NCBI RefSeq assembly: GCF_004010195.1
Contig: NW_025214254.1
Span: 1 to 40,873, forward strand
DNA: 40,873 bases
Direction: 5' to 3'
Source of the DNA: Chiloscyllium plagiosum
Taxonomy: Eukaryota
How positions within the stretch are numbered: position 1 is the first letter of the stretch; each line of letters opens with the position of its first letter. The notes below the pieces were generated by a model. The model did no database searches. It saw only the letters and a list, made by a program, of their open reading frames with translations, and was not told where the DNA came from. This document shows positions 37,541 through 40,873 of this stretch, one piece after another. The translations under genes were made by a program, and so were the position numbers.

Positions 37541-38004
37541 CTGGGTCAAAGGATTGAGACAGTTGGTTTAGTTTTAGTTTCTGAAGATTGTTTAAGCCAG
37601 AGAATTTGAGCAAGGAAAGGAATTACATAGAAGTGGCATAAACAGTTTATAATCTTGCCTTTCATGGTGCTTGGATTGATTGCTGTGCTGAAGTGGGGAT
37701 AGTTTGTACTGTGTGAACCCTTCATTAAACTGTATGTTTCTAATTCTAGGCAGACAGCAGCCATTATTTGTTTTGATTGGTGTTTGGTCCAGAGTGATCT
37801 TTGTTCTGGAGCAAGTATCACCAGACGGACTATTCAGTTGTGAAGTGGTGTTTTATTAGGACATGAAGAAGGCAACGTACAAGCAAGCCTGCAATGTCTT
37901 CCTCACTGACATCCCCAAGCCAATGCCATTGTAGGAATTAGCTCACAGGCCAGTCAACAGCCTGGGATGAAGGGCCCATTATATGAAGATAGGGCGAGCT
38001 TATA

Positions 38005-38555
38005 AATGTTTGGAGTTTAGAAGAATGAGGGGGAAGAGGGTTCTGTGGTACAGTAGTAATTTCCCTATCTCTGGGCCAGAAGACCTGCGTTCAAATCTCA
38101 CCTGCTCCAGAAGCGTTTCATAATATCCCTGAACAGGTTGACTAGAAAATATCTAGAGGAAAGAAGGGCAAGCCTAATAAAACTTATAAGACCCCAAGGG
38201 AATCTGACAGACTGGGTATTGGAAATTATATCCTCTTGAGTGGACACTAGAACTAGGGTGACCCAATTTAAAAATAAGTGGCCTACTTTTAAAGATGGAT
38301 ACGAGAAGACATTTTTTGTCTTCCTTAGAGGTCTGTTGGTATGTGGAATTCTCTTCCCTAGAAAACAGTGGCTGGGTCATTGATTTATTCAAAACTGAGT
38401 TGGAATTTTGAGTAGACGAAGAGGTCAAGAATTTTGGGGGTGGGGGAGGGGGTAGGCAAGTCAGGAAAATAGAGTTGAGACCACAACAAAATTAACCTGA
38501 CCTTATTGCATGGCAGCAAAAGCTTAAAATGCTGAATGGCCTACTCCTTATCTCA
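38005..38555 (+). mobile_element. CR1 LINE 3' end with a short tRNA-headed SINE inserted at ~38041-38153
   Basis: ttggagtttagaagaatgagggg is interrupted, then resumes taataaaacttataagac...tgtggaattctcttccc...gctgaatggcctactcct. Confidence 0.75.
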
Positions 38556-39272
38556 TCTTTTCACGTCTGACAATCATTACTCAGGGACTCATACCTATCA
38601 GACTCCTCTGCGACCATTCTCAATCCACTGGCAGGAGAGATTCAGGGAGCACTATGGTATATTGTCAGTAACCCTGGAAGCCCTTAACACTGAATTTAGA
38701 CCTCATGAAGTCTCATGGACTCAGTTCAAATGTGGGCGTAGCAGCTTCCCACAATGATCACTCCCCACCCTCTTTTAGTTGATATATCCTTCCAGTCTGA
38801 ACACCACTTGAAGGAAGCACCGAAGGTAGCAAGGGCACAGAATGGAGACCCCACTCAGAGTACAATATCCATCAAGAACAAGTTGGCTAACTTCTGAAAC
38901 AGATAATGCTACATTTGCAGCAAGTGTCATATGTGGAAGTTACCTACTTCACCTGATTCTCCCCCAATCTATTGCAGATGTAACTGTCCATGGCAGTAGA
39001 AATGACTGCTGCAAAGCTTTTGTGAGGACCAATTCCTATTTTCTCAATAATGGTGCTTCCCCTTGTCACGTCATTTGGAGCCACCAGCATATTAAGTAGC
39101 AGAGATTAAAACAGATGCAGAAGTCCAAAAGGTACTGTGGGTCATCAGCCTGGTGAAGCCACGACAAAAGACTGCATGCATACATTCTCACAGCAGAAAC
39201 AAGTTTCGAAGACCAAAGCCATCGATCACAAATAGATTAAGCTAATGCCAGGAAGCCCAGCCACATCCAGTT

Positions 39273-39345
39273 AGAACATAGAACAGTATAGCACAGAACA
39301 GGTCCTTCGGCCCTCAATGTTGTGCTGGCCTTTTATCCTACTCCA
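39273..39345 (-). mobile_element. CR1 3' tail fragment
   Basis: agaacatagaacagtatagcacagaacaggtccttcggccctcaatgttgtgc. Confidence 0.6.
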
Positions 39346-39496
39346 AGACCAGAGTTGTGAATATTAGAATTCCAAGACTGGAAATTCTGAGCTGAATAAC
39401 TCCTGACTCCATGAAGTCTGTCCACCATCTACATGGTACAAGTCAGAGGTGCTTCACTTTTCTGATTTGATGTGGACCCAAACATTCTAAAGAAAG

Positions 39497-39801
39497 TTTG
39501 TGAAGGTTTGTAGCTCAGGTTGAGGTTTAGGGTGTAGGTTTGCTCGCTGAGCTGTAGGTTTGATATCCAGACGTTTCATTACCTGGCTAGGTAACAGCAT
39601 CAGTGGCGACCTCCAAGTGAAGCGAAGCTGTTGTCTCCTGCTTTCTGTTTATATCTTTCTCCTGGATGGGGTTCCTGGGGTTTGTGGTGATGTCATTTCC
39701 TGTTTGTTTTCTGAGGGGTTGATGGATGGCATCTAGATCTATGTGCTTGTTTATGGCATTGTGGTTGGAGTGCCAGGCCTCTAGGAGTTCTCTGGCATGT
39801 C
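39497..39801 (-). mobile_element. Penelope-like element 3' end (probably Poseidon group) with hammerhead motif
   Basis: Minus strand translates HARELLEAWHSNHNAINKHIDLDAIHQPLRKQTGNDIT (endonuclease C-terminus); hammerhead-like fold at 39567-39606. Confidence 0.8.
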
Positions 39802-40195
39802 ACCAACTTAAATATTCAACCCCTACTCACACACAATGGCCACAGTGTGTCCTATCTCGAAAATTCACAGCAGCAACTACCCGAGGTTCCTTCCATAGCA
39901 CCTTTCAACCCAAGGTTGCTACCATTTGGAAGGATAAGGGCAAAGAGTTCTCCTGTAAGCCATACACTATCCTGACTTGGAATTATTTTGGCATTTCTTT
40001 ACTGTCATATGACCATAATCTGGATCTACGTTCCCAGTTGTGTAACTCATTTAATCTGTCAATAGATTGTAACATGTTGTAATTTTATGCTTCCATTTAT
40101 AATGTTTACACTGTATTGTCAGGAAGCTCAACGCTGTCTTCTCAAGGGCACTTCACAATGGGCAACAAATTGGGGCCTTCCCACTAATCCCAAAA
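39802..40195 (+). mobile_element. 3' region of an old CR1/L2-group LINE
   Basis: aagccatacactatcctgacttggaatta...ttctcaagggcacttcacaatgggcaacaaat; homologous to 7030 and 17250. Confidence 0.65.
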
Positions 40196-40574
40196 GGATT
40201 TTCAAAAATGTCAATCAATTAAGTGACAAACAACATTTTGAACGTTAGACTAAAATTTTGAATATTTCCCTTTTTTACTTTTCATTTTTTCTATTAATTT
40301 TGACAAAATTAATATTAATCTGCCCTCTGTGTTAGCAGTTTGATATACTACCGCTACCTGGATTAAGGAATGCTCAGCTACCAAATTGTAATATTTAATT
40401 TCAATGAGAATAAATTTCTTCAGTTTCTCAAAACACAACATTCATATAAATAAATGGCATTTTAAATACTGGGTTTATACTGTTGTACAATAGGTGATCA
40501 ATGCTAGCCACTGTCATCTGTCATCAGGAAATTGCTGAGATTTATACAGTAGTTAATGCCTTGAAAATGTTCAG

Positions 40575-40873
40575 CTAATCGGAAATAACCAGCATGGGTT
40601 TTATAAAAAGGTCATTCCGAATGAACTGCATTTAATTTTTTAGAGGAGCCTAAAGCTGGGGACAAGGAATGTTTATGGATATTATTTATATGGACTTCAT
40701 AAAATTCCTCCTAAACGACTAGCTCACAGAATTGAAGGCAAATTATTGACTAGGTTACGAGATCTGAAGACAGAGTAGGAAAACTGGTTAGACATGCGGT
40801 GTGACTTGTGGTGTCTGCAAGGAAATGTATTGGCGCCTGAACTATTTATTAAAGACTCAGGTGATGGGTTAAA
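40575..40873 (+). mobile_element. Degenerate CR1 RT fragment, runs off the window
   Basis: aaccagcatgggttt (NQHGF), gatattatttatatggacttc (DIIYMDF), ggtgtctgcaaggaaatgtattgg (GV.QG.VL-like). Confidence 0.7.

Overview
Eukaryotic, non-coding, repeat-rich vertebrate DNA. The HE1-type SINEs, CR1 LINEs and Penelope-like elements (PLEs) point to a shark (elasmobranch; species not determinable here). No host protein-coding gene is supported: the listed ORFs are transposon debris or chance frames. The functional core lies on the minus strand. It comprises a tRNA-Thr(CGT) gene (32642-32713), a CpG/GC-box-rich candidate pri-miRNA promoter and first exon (~15770-16110), and a compact miR-193b (14111-14196) / miR-365 (13409-13495) cluster inside a ~6.4 kb stretch nearly free of transposons. 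The tRNA-Thr(CGT) > miR-193 > miR-365 order and orientation match what I recall for both human miR-193/365 loci. The rest of the window holds a 41-bp minisatellite (~53 copies), SINE/LINE fossils and at least three PLE families. Their termini carry minimal type I hammerhead-ribozyme motifs, and they also left short fold-back insertions with target-site duplications, including a perfect 48-bp hairpin at 37410-37508. Repeat boundaries were set by eye and are approximate, and family names come from recognition, not a database search.
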